Origin: Endomicrobiales bacterium
GTDB lineage: Bacteria; Elusimicrobiota; Endomicrobiia; Endomicrobiales; JALOBY01
NCBI GenBank assembly: GCA_963796955.1
Contig: CAWCNJ010000006.1
Location: 102,691-166,690 of the forward strand
Length of the DNA: 64,000 bases
Direction: 5' to 3'
Position 1 is the first letter of the stretch; each line of letters starts with the position of its first letter. Under the pieces are notes generated by a model that saw only the letters and a program-made list of their open reading frames with translations, had not been told where the DNA came from and made no database searches. A program made the translations under genes and the position numbers. Shown here in pieces: positions 38,657 through 48,000 of this stretch.

Positions 38657-40354
38657 ATGAAAAACACTATACAGCGCACCATTATCACGGGATTTCTACT
38701 TTGCGGGGCGGCTGCCGCCCACGCTGAATTCAACGAACTGGGCAGCAGCGCACGCTCTGCCGGCATGGGGGACTGCTATGTGGCTATCGCCGACGACGCG
38801 TATGCCACGTTCTATAACCCTGCGGGCCTTGGGCGGCTGCACCACAAAGAGATCGCGACCACCTCAAGCCGGCTGCTGATGGGTTTGAGCGACCTTAATA
38901 CGATCGATGAGAACATCATAAGCGCGGTGTACGGGACGCAGCTGTACGGCGGCATCGGCCTGGGCATCCATACGTTCGACGTTTCCGGGTTGTACAAGGA
39001 AAGCACCTCAATGCTCTCGTATGGAAAGCTCGTCGGTAAAGAAGTGTACCTCGGCGCCTCTATGAAATTCATGTCGAAAGACTACGTGCCTAATCTCTAC
39101 ACTGAAAACGCCATAGACTTTTCAGGCGAATCGTTCGGGCGCGACCCCGTGTTCGCCAACGGGTATTCCAAAGCTTTCATGTCCTACGATCTGGGCAGCT
39201 ATTACCAGTACAGCAAAAGGTTGGCCCTGGCCCTGGTGGCGAAGGATATAACCAGCCCCGATACCGGCCTTGCCGCCGCAAACCCGCTGCCCATGACGAC
39301 AACCCTGGGCCTGTGCTACCAGGACGAAGGCCTGTTAATACCGCTTGAAATACAGACCAGAAGCGACGCGATAACATACGCGGCCGGCTTTGAAAGATGG
39401 CTATTCTCCGACCAGCTGGCGCTGCGCGCGGGCCTGCAGGAAGGCAGCGGCAATCTGTCGGTGGTGTCGTGCGGCGTGTCATACAGCTATAACAATATCA
39501 TCCGTTTTGATTACGGTTTTTCCATGCCCTTGTCGGGTATAACGAACACCAGCGGCTCGCACCGGCTGAGCCTGGTGGTATCGATCGGCAAACCGAAAAC
39601 GAACACTTTTGAGCTTGCGAAACAGCCGCGCGATTATATAGACGCGGTCACCGCCTTCGACAAAGGCCAGTACTTTACCGCCTACGATATGTTCGAGACA
39701 CTGATAAAATCCCTGGAGACCAGCCGGCAGTTAAAGGACCACGCCATCGCGTATGTCAAAGAGATCCTTTCCCGGATGCAGGCGAACATCAAGGCGAACG
39801 CGGCGCCCTCGGAAGTAGCCTACGCCAAGGGCCTTATGGCGTACAGCGTGCCGGATTACGAGGATGCTTTGAACGAACTGCAGGTGTTCGCGGGCATTAT
39901 CCCCGGCAACACGGAAGTGAACTATTATATCGAGCTGCTGAAAAAGATGCTGGGTAAAGGATCGGCAAAGCCGCAGGAAAACCAGTCCGGTGAGAACGGC
40001 GGGGGCAAGGGCGGCAAAGGGTCTGACCAGAAAGACGAATTCCCCGGGCTCGACGATAAAGCGCCGGACCCGATGCTGTCGAACATGTCGCGGGACGAAT
40101 ATATCAATTACAAACTGCGCAACGCGGTAACGGATTTCAACCAGGGGTATTACGACCTGTCGGCGAAAGACTGTTTATACGCCCTGCGCGCGGACCCGAA
40201 CAAGGACCTGAGCTACGTGCGGCTTGGCTCGGCGTATTACGCGATGGGTATGCGCCAGTACGCGGTTAAAGCCTGGCAGAAGGCCCTGCAGCTGAACCCG
40301 GGCAACGCGGACCTCAGGGAATTTATGCAGGAAAAAAATATACCGGTGAAATAA
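38657..40354 (+). CDS. outer-membrane beta-barrel protein (PorV/PorQ/FadL-like N-terminal motif) fused to a C-terminal TPR domain
   Basis: 565 aa. The ATG lies 3 nt after the gene A stop. The signal peptide is MKNTIQRTIITGFLLCGAAAAHA|EF. The opening motif is GSSARSAGMGDCYVAIADDAYATFYNPAGLG. An alternating beta-strand pattern runs to ~aa 310 (HRLSLVVSIG). A G/K-rich linker follows (ENGGGKGGKGSDQKDE). TPR-like helices end the protein (YVRLGSAYYAMGMRQYAVKAWQKALQLNPGNADL). Confidence 0.7.
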   Translation: MKNTIQRTIITGFLLCGAAAAHAEFNELGSSARSAGMGDCYVAIADDAYATFYNPAGLGRLHHKEIATTSSRLLMGLSDLNTIDENIISAVYGTQLYGGIGLGIHTFDVSGLYKESTSMLSYGKLVGKEVYLGASMKFMSKDYVPNLYTENAIDFSGESFGRDPVFANGYSKAFMSYDLGSYYQYSKRLALALVAKDITSPDTGLAAANPLPMTTTLGLCYQDEGLLIPLEIQTRSDAITYAAGFERWLFSDQLALRAGLQEGSGNLSVVSCGVSYSYNNIIRFDYGFSMPLSGITNTSGSHRLSLVVSIGKPKTNTFELAKQPRDYIDAVTAFDKGQYFTAYDMFETLIKSLETSRQLKDHAIAYVKEILSRMQANIKANAAPSEVAYAKGLMAYSVPDYEDALNELQVFAGIIPGNTEVNYYIELLKKMLGKGSAKPQENQSGENGGGKGGKGSDQKDEFPGLDDKAPDPMLSNMSRDEYINYKLRNAVTDFNQGYYDLSAKDCLYALRADPNKDLSYVRLGSAYYAMGMRQYAVKAWQKALQLNPGNADLREFMQEKNIPVK

Positions 40355-40362
40355 GGCCGTTC

Positions 40363-40380
40363 CATGCAAACATGGTTGCA
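40363..40380 (+). terminator. weak hairpin after the OMP-TPR gene
   Basis: ATGCAA (40363-40368) pairs with TTGCAT (40375-40380) around a 6-nt loop. Only a short T-rich tail follows. Confidence 0.25.
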
Positions 40381-40474
40381 TTTAGTATCCTTTTAAATTA
40401 ATTTTGGATTGATATATTGTACATGTCAGTTAAATGTTGGCTTGATATTGTTGTCAAAATAGCTTAAACTTGAC

Positions 40475-40503
40475 TTGACTATGTTAACATTAGTGTGTAT
40501 AAT
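40475..40503 (+). promoter_or_regulatory. near-consensus promoter of ATPase gene 2, geometry implies a leaderless mRNA
   Basis: TTGACT (40475-40480), a 17-nt spacer, then TATAAT (40498-40503). The A of ATG 40510 is the 7th nt after the -10 hexamer, the same geometry as at 3798-3833. Confidence 0.55.
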
Positions 40504-40509
40504 TGTGGT

Positions 40510-41832
40510 ATGGAAAGACACATAGATAGGCTTCTGTCTGAATGGAAAAATGACGATCATAGAAAAGTTTTGCTTTTGCGCGGCGCCAGGCAAGTTGGTA
40601 AAACGTATTCTGTAAGGGCGTTAGGGAAAACTTTTCCGCATTACCTTGAAGTAAACTTTGAGGAAGAAAAACCGGTTAAGGAATTTTTTAAGGGTTCCCT
40701 GAACCCGGAGATGCTTTGTCAGAAACTTTCTGCGTATTTTAAGAAACCTGTAATCCAGGGTAAAACACTCCTCTTTTTCGATGAGATCCAATCCTGCCCG
40801 GAAGCCTTAAGTTCGCTGAGATACTTTTATGAAAAGATGCCTCGTCTTCACTTGATAGCAACCGGCTCATTGCTGGAATTTGCTCTTTCGCAAATACCGG
40901 CACAGGGAGTGGGAAGGATCACTTCATTATATCTCTATCCGATGTCATTTGATGAGTTTTTGATCGCTTTGGATGAACGTAAGCTTACTGAAATAAAAAC
41001 CGGATCCAGTTATAAGTCTCCCCTTGATACCGCGTTCCATGAGAAACTGATCGATTATCTAAAGATTTTTTTTATTATCGGTGGAATGCCTGAGGTAGTA
41101 AAAGAATACGTCGAACGAAAAGATCTGTTAGCATGCCAAAAAAAAATAAATGATTTGATCGAAACGTTTAAAGACGATTTTGCAAAATATAAGAACCGGT
41201 CGCCTTCGCAGAGAATAAATGAGGTTTTCAGCTCGATAGTATATCAGTCCGGAAATAAATTTAAGTATTCAAACGTCGATTCCCATTCTTCGCATATCGC
41301 CATTAAAGATGCTTTAGACATGATCGTTATGGCGGGGCTGGCAATTAAAGTATTCCATACTTCCGCGCAGGGCTTGCCTTTGGGCGCGGGTATCGACAGC
41401 AGAAAGTTCAAAGTTATTCTTTTTGATTTTGGACTTTATCAAAAATTGCTCGGGTTAGACATCTCGTCGATAATTGCGGATAATAATTTTACGGCGCTCA
41501 ATAAAGGAAGCCTTGCGGAATTATTTGTCGGGCTTGAAATTATTAAAAATAATCCATCATCTTTACGAAGTGATTTGTATTATTGGCACAGGGAAAAAAG
41601 AGCAAGCAACGCAGAAGTTGATTATGTTATACAGAAAGGGAATGATATTTTACCGGTTGAGGTAAAATCCGGCTATTCGGGACAAATGCAGAGCCTGAGA
41701 TTATTCATGCAGGAGCACAACTCTAAAATGGGCATAAGAGTGTCGTTGGAAAATTTCGCAAAATTTGAGAAAATAGAAGTATATCCCATGTATGCGGTGA
41801 AAAACATTTTGCAAGGGAATAGGGGGGAGTAA
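40510..41832 (+). CDS. AAA ATPase of the COG1373 / AAA_14 + DUF4143 type with a C-terminal PD-(D/E)xK-like motif (second, divergent copy)
   Basis: 440 aa from ATG 40510 (MERHIDRLL...). The ORF-track start at 40495 is a GTG inside the -10 region. Walker A is GARQVGKTY and Walker B is LFFDEIQ. The C-terminus carries AEVDYVIQKGNDILPVEVKSG. The gene is AT-rich: the sample line 40501-40560 has 22/60 G+C by hand count. Confidence 0.8.
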   Translation: MERHIDRLLSEWKNDDHRKVLLLRGARQVGKTYSVRALGKTFPHYLEVNFEEEKPVKEFFKGSLNPEMLCQKLSAYFKKPVIQGKTLLFFDEIQSCPEALSSLRYFYEKMPRLHLIATGSLLEFALSQIPAQGVGRITSLYLYPMSFDEFLIALDERKLTEIKTGSSYKSPLDTAFHEKLIDYLKIFFIIGGMPEVVKEYVERKDLLACQKKINDLIETFKDDFAKYKNRSPSQRINEVFSSIVYQSGNKFKYSNVDSHSSHIAIKDALDMIVMAGLAIKVFHTSAQGLPLGAGIDSRKFKVILFDFGLYQKLLGLDISSIIADNNFTALNKGSLAELFVGLEIIKNNPSSLRSDLYYWHREKRASNAEVDYVIQKGNDILPVEVKSGYSGQMQSLRLFMQEHNSKMGIRVSLENFAKFEKIEVYPMYAVKNILQGNRGE

Positions 41833-41892
41833 TACCCAAGTAACCTTGAGTACTAAAACGATGGCCGCGTTACGTATGATGGTGCATTGTTT

Positions 41893-41930
41893 AAAAACAC
41901 ACACTTAGATTAATTGGTGTGTGTTATTTA
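41893..41930 (+). terminator. rho-independent terminator (ACACAC hairpin), copy 2
   Basis: CACACAC (41898-41904) pairs with GTGTGTG (41917-41923) around a 12-nt loop (TTAGATTAATTG). TTATTTATT follows. It is homologous to 5041-5076. Confidence 0.6.
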
Positions 41931-41941
41931 TTGCTTTATCG

Positions 41942-41970
41942 TTGAAAATTCAGTAATATTTGTTGTTACC
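41942..41970 (+). promoter_or_regulatory. conserved upstream box, copy 2
   Basis: TTGAAAATTCAGTAATATTTGTTGTTACC; see 5089-5117. Confidence 0.5.
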
Positions 41971-42003
41971 TGCCATACAGACGCCCTTAAACGTCTAAAT
42001 GTA

Positions 42004-42031
42004 TTGATATTCATACGATTCATCTTATAAT
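42004..42031 (+). promoter_or_regulatory. candidate promoter of giant gene B
   Basis: TTGATA (42004-42009), a 16-nt spacer, then TATAAT (42026-42031). It is followed by the conserved ATAATTTATAGTGA. Confidence 0.55.
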
Positions 42032-42067
42032 TTATAGTGAAGAAGTTACTGTATACCTTTTTTACTC

Positions 42068-45000
42068 ATGTATCACTATTTTCGCATGGAGAACGTCATG
42101 GTCGTTCGATTGTGTTTGCGAACAGTTAACTCTAAAAGCGCTACACTCGCGATAATTTTCGCGGTTGCTGCGCTATTATTTTTGCCCTCCGTTTCAATGG
42201 CTACCAGCGCGCCGACCAATGTAATGCAGCGTGTCAGCGGTTCTGTTACTCTTTCATCGTTCTCATGGACCAGCTCGTCTCTCATAGTCTCTTCGTTCAC
42301 TCTTCCCGGCAGCAGCTCATACTGCATTCAGGCAACCTCCGCCACCGTTAACGACCAACCGGACTGGACAAAGTTATTGTGGGGCACCAAGCGTTCCAGC
42401 GTACTGAACGCCGGCACGACCTGGTATAACTGGCCCGCCCTTACTTCTCCCGGCATTTACTGGTGGCGCATCTGGGCGGAAAGCGCCGGTGTGGCTTCCT
42501 CGACGATCACCGTGCTCTCCGCAGGCGGCCCGGCGGCATTCGCCTACAAGACTGATGTGGACCCGCGGGGCATCGATGTTTCGTCGGGTCTCGGTGTTGA
42601 TTTTGGGGAAGGCAATGGGGTTTTTGGCGGCCTGGCGCTTGGCGATTATGATAATAACGGCACGCTGGATCTTGCCGTGGCCGGTTACACAGGGTCTCAG
42701 ACCATATGCCGCGTTTATAAAGGCAATGGCGATGGAACATTTAACCAGGCGTTCGTTGAGCCGATCACCGGCTGGGGCTCCGATAACGGATCCATCAATT
42801 GGGGCGACTACAATAACGATGGTTCCCTTGACCTGCTGGTGAACGGTAATGGTTCTGATGGCCCGGTACATTTGTACGTTTTTAAAAACAACGGCGACGG
42901 TACGTTCAATTCAACGCCGATAGAGCCGAAACCTGGCTGGGGACTTCACTATGGAAATGCACAATGGGGAGATTATAACAACGACGGTTATCTGGACATA
43001 GTAACAGAGGGCCAGGATTATCCGGCATACCAAAATCGTTTCTATTTGTTCACGAATCTGGGCAATGGAAGCTTCAACCCTGTACCCATAGATCCCGATC
43101 CCAGTGACGCCTCAGGATATTCCACTGCAGGTTTTTTCGATTACAATAATGATGGTTACCTTGATATCTGCATGACCGGGACAGGAAGTTGGGACAACCG
43201 CATTTACAAGAACAACGGTGACGGTACCTTTACCAATTCAGGCAACGATGTGCCCTGGCCGTACGGCGGCGGGTATACCTACGGCGATTACGATAACGAC
43301 GGCAATGTGGATGTGTGCCTGCCCGACGGCATATGGCAGAACAACGGTAATGGCACGTTTTCCGGGGGCGTTCAGTTTGGTGGAAATGAGGGTACACCGG
43401 CTTTAGCAGACATGAATAATGATGGTAAATTGGATGTAGTCGTTGTCGGAAGTTATCAAGGCAACTTCTTAAAGCTGATCGCTAATAATGGCGGCAGCAA
43501 TTTTACGGCGACAGACCTGAGCCCCGCGACCACCGGGCAGAATTTTTCCTACATAGTTTTGGGAGATCTTGACGGTGACGGGGATGCCGACATAGTTGTA
43601 GCCGGCCAGAAGAATGATGGTTCGAACGCCAGGTTCCTGAGCGTATACAAGAATAAGAATTACGAAATGGGCAACACTAATACCGCGCCGCAGCCGCCCG
43701 CCGGTCTTACCGCCCTGTTTAGCTACAACGTTAACAGCGCCAGTATAACGCTGTGCTGGACGCCCGCCCAGTATGATGTGGGCCATTCCTCGTACTCGAT
43801 CTATTACAACGTGGAAATGGCGACCGCGCCCACAACGCTTACCGGCAGCAATATGAGGGTGTCCGGGGCTAACGGCTACAAAATACCCTGGGATTACCCT
43901 TCTGATCAAGGTAATTATATCCGCCCTGCGGTAAAACAGCGGGCAGGCCTTTCCCAAATTACACAGGGATCAAGTTATCAGGTTCCGTATGGCAATTTGC
44001 AGGCGAACGCCACCTATTACTTCCGCGTACAAACTATTGATGCCGGCTTGATGCGCAGTACCTGGTCTGCGGAAAGATCTATTTGTGCTGCGGCGCCGCT
44101 CCCGCCGAACACACCATCCGGGCTTATGCAATGCCTTGTGGGGGGTGCAACGGTATCGTCATACGGCTGGGTCGGCAAGGCGGGTGACGTTATATTTTCA
44201 TCGTTCACGCTTACGGACCCCAACGGCAGTAGCCCGGTTAAATACCGCATTCAAATAACCTCGGTTACCGCCGCCGGCATTGCCCCGGTCTGGAACCAGG
44301 GCATTGCGGTAGACTACACGTCCGGCTGGCTGCCGCAGGGGGCGACCACCTATTACTGGCCTGGCTTGCCGGTCGGATTGTACTGGTGGCAAGTGTATTG
44401 CATAAACGGAAGCAGCGTTGCATCGTCCGTAGCAACCACTCTTGCCGACGGCAACAACCCGGTGCTATCCTACAAGACGAATTTCGACCCTACCGGAATT
44501 GATCTGGTGCCCGGCCTGGGTGTTAACAGCGGTTTTGTCTCTCTCGGTGATTTCGATAACAACGGCACGCTTGATATGGCGGTTATTGGTTATACCGGCT
44601 CAAGCTACATTAGCAAGGTTTATAAAAACAACGGAGACGGGAGTTTTAACCAGATCGCAGTAGCGCCGAGCAACAGCGTGGGCGTTAATGGTTCCGCCGC
44701 CTGGGGTGATTATAATAACGACGGCGACCTGGACCTTGCGGTAAGTGGTTACGATGGCGGCTCTCCACGCCTGCGCATTTACAAAAATAGCGGTCTCGGA
44801 ACATTTAATTCTTCGCTGGACCTGATATCTGGCGGCGGTTTGGGTAGCAGCGGTGACCAAGGGGTTATTGCCTGGGGCGATTTCAACAATGACGGTTATC
44901 TTGACCTTGCAGGCGCAGGAACGGATGGTAGTGCGGAGCGTTTTTATGTGTTCATGAATAATGGCAATGGAAGTTTTAACACAACCCCTGTGCAGCCTGA

Positions 45001-48000
45001 TCCCGGCTGGGGTGTAGACAACTGGTGGGGCGGGATATGTACCGTTGATTGCAACAACGACGGTAACCTGGATATAGCCGTCGCAGGTACCAGTGACGGC
45101 TTCGCGGGCTATGCCAGAATATACAAAGGCAACGGCAACGGGAAATTTAATTCAGCTTTTACCACACCGGACGCGGGTTACAATGGGGGCGACCAGGGGT
45201 ATGCCTCAATGACGTTTGGGGATTATAACCTTGACGGCAACCTGGACGCAGCGGTAGGCGGTGTTGCGGGTTTCAGGGTGGATAAGGGCAATGGCGATGC
45301 GACCTTTACCGATACAACCCTTCAGCCTGACGGCGCCGGCTGGTTTGGCAGCGCCGACGGCGGTGCGGTAATCGCCTGGGCCGATATCAACAACGATGGT
45401 AAGCCCGATATGGTAATTGGCGGGCTTCAGAATGGCAACGGCGGTAAGTTCAGGCTGGAACTGAACAATGGCAATGGCACGTTCACGTCCAGCGATATCC
45501 AGCCCGGCTGGAACAGTTTCTGCAATGTTGCTCTTGGCGACCTGGACAACGACGGCGATGCGGACGCTGTCGTGTCGAATCAAAATGGTAATGACAGCGG
45601 CCACTACTATTTGAAAGCCTTCTTTAACAAAACCCATGAAATGGGTATCGCTACCAATGCGCCCGTCCCGCCGGGAAGTCTTACCTACCAGTCTTCATAC
45701 GCGATAACCGGTTCCACGGTAATGATAACCTGGCCGGCAGCGCAGTACGACGCAACCGCATCGTCGCGCACGCTTTCTTTCCAGGTGGAAATATCAACGG
45801 CTCAAACGACGCTTGCATCGAACAAAAAATTGATATCAGCGCCCTCGTCAGCCGGTGCATTCATAAATACCTGGGCGTCTGAAGGCGATGATTATGGAAC
45901 GTTTTACCGTCCTGCGGCAAAGGTCTGGGGTACGGATCCCTCGCCGAAATTCGGCATTCAGTTGAATTTAAGCACTGCCACCATCCAGGGCGGAACATCG
46001 TACTATTACCGCATACAAACCATTGATGGCAGTCTTTTGCGCAGTACCTGGTCGGTGGAAGGCACACTGTATATGCCCATGGGCACGGCGCCGGCTGCTA
46101 TCACCAACCTTACCGCATTGAAAGGCAACTCCGGTGGCGAGCTGAAACTAAACTGGACCTCCCCCGGCGCGGACGGAACCGCGAACAACATATACGGTGG
46201 TGTCTTTAAAATACGCTATTCCACCTACACCATCGCATCGGCCGGTTTCTGGACGGATGCGGCATCTAACTGGACGGACCCGTTAAACAAATATCAGATA
46301 ACGATACCTACCAACTCCACGCCGAGCACAACACAGTCAACGACGCTTGTAGGGCTTACCCCAGGCGGGACCTATTACGTCCGTGCCTGGGTGAGGGATG
46401 AGGTAGGCGTAGACAGTACCAGCTGGAACGGTAACTGGTCGGCGTTGTCTAATGCCGCGACCGCGTATGCGATGACGGCGACAACCCCGCAGGTGATAAG
46501 CGACCTGGTAGCCACGAACAATGCGGCTCTGGGCGCCGTTAATCTTGCCTGGACGGCACCCGGCGGTAACGGGCAGACCGGCGACCTGAACGCAGGTTCC
46601 GCCTTCAAAATTAAATATTCGACGGTGAACGTTATCACGACCGATAATTTTACGACCATGCAGTCTACTATGGCTATCCAGAGTATAACTATTTCAACGG
46701 TTGCTACTGCCATGAGCAGGCAGAGCTACAACGTAGGGGGGCTTACCAACGGCAAAAAATACTGGTTCGCGATCGAAACAGAAAATTCCCAGGCCGCCTG
46801 GTCGACATGGTACTCTTCAGCCACAGGGGACGGTCATACCACCTACAGCATACTGGCAAGCACGATCTGTTCGTACACTAACCATGCGCCGACAATATCC
46901 AGCCTGGAACAGCTGAACGGTTCAATGGTTTCAATGACTTCGTTTACCTGGATAAATTCCGGCGCTATCATTTCATCGTTCACTATCATCGATACCGACC
47001 TGGGCCAGCAGGTGCGGTTCAATATCCAGATAACGTCAATAACAACTAACGATGCTGCCGATTGGACCAGTATATTCGCCAGCACGCGCTCAGCTTTGAC
47101 CAGCCAGGGCACGTTGAACTATACCTGGCCGGCGTTGAACCCGAATGTGTACTACTGGTGGCGCGCCTGGGCGGAAGATCAATTTGGCTTAACATCAGCT
47201 ACCTCCACCGCGCTGGTAAGCGACGGTGCAGCGGTAATTGCCTATAAAACACCGTATGATCCGCATTTTATAGAACCTACCCCCGGCTGGGGAGTAGGAT
47301 ATTGGGGCGGCGGTACTGCCTGGGGCGACTTTAACGGTGACGGTAATCAGGACATCGCAGTTACCGGCTGCGGCTTTTGGGGCGGGAACGATTACCTCAG
47401 GGTTTATTTGAACAATGGTGACGGCACATTCAGTTCCTCGTATATAGAGCCGCAGATCGGCGTGGGTTTCCGCAGCGGCGCAGTGGCCTGGGGGGATTTT
47501 GATAACGATGGTGATCTGGATCTGGCGGCAACCGGCTCTGTCGACGGTGATGTTACCGGTATACTGAGAGTATACCGGAACAACGGCAATGGAGCTTCAT
47601 TTAGTACAACCTATACGGATGCGCCCGGTTGGGGCGGGTTCTACAGCTCAGTTGCCTGGGGCGATTATGATAACGACGGCAACCTTGATGTAGCTGTAAC
47701 GGGGACGTTGGATGGGACGGCAGCTAACGGAAGATTCAGGATATACCATAACACCGGCAACGGGACTTTTGACACGAATTACCTGCAACCCACGGCCAAT
47801 TGGGGCGTGACTTACAGTAACACAACTCCACGTATTGGCTGGGCGGATTATGAAAATGACGGAGACCTGGACATTGCTGTCTGCGGCACTGATATCAGCA
47901 GCACGAATGTTTTGCGTGTATACAAAAACAACGGCGACGGAACGTTCGCCTCCTCCCCTGCTCTCCTGGTCAATGATGTTATTGATTTTACCTGGAGCGA

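Noticed and set aside
40495-40509. GTG 40495 as the start of ATPase-2 (ORF-track start)
   Set aside because: The GTG lies inside the TATAAT -10 region. ATG 40510 gives the N-terminus MERHIDRLL and matches the leaderless geometry seen for ATPase-1.
40355-41890. Direct repeats flanking ATPase-2 (40355-40383 versus 41863-41890) as a second target-site duplication
   Set aside because: Only ~20 of ~31 positions align, and gaps are needed (shared GGCCG, ATGGT, GCATT). The left copy overlaps a small hairpin. This is too weak to call on its own and is mentioned only as a possible analogue of the clear typA duplication.
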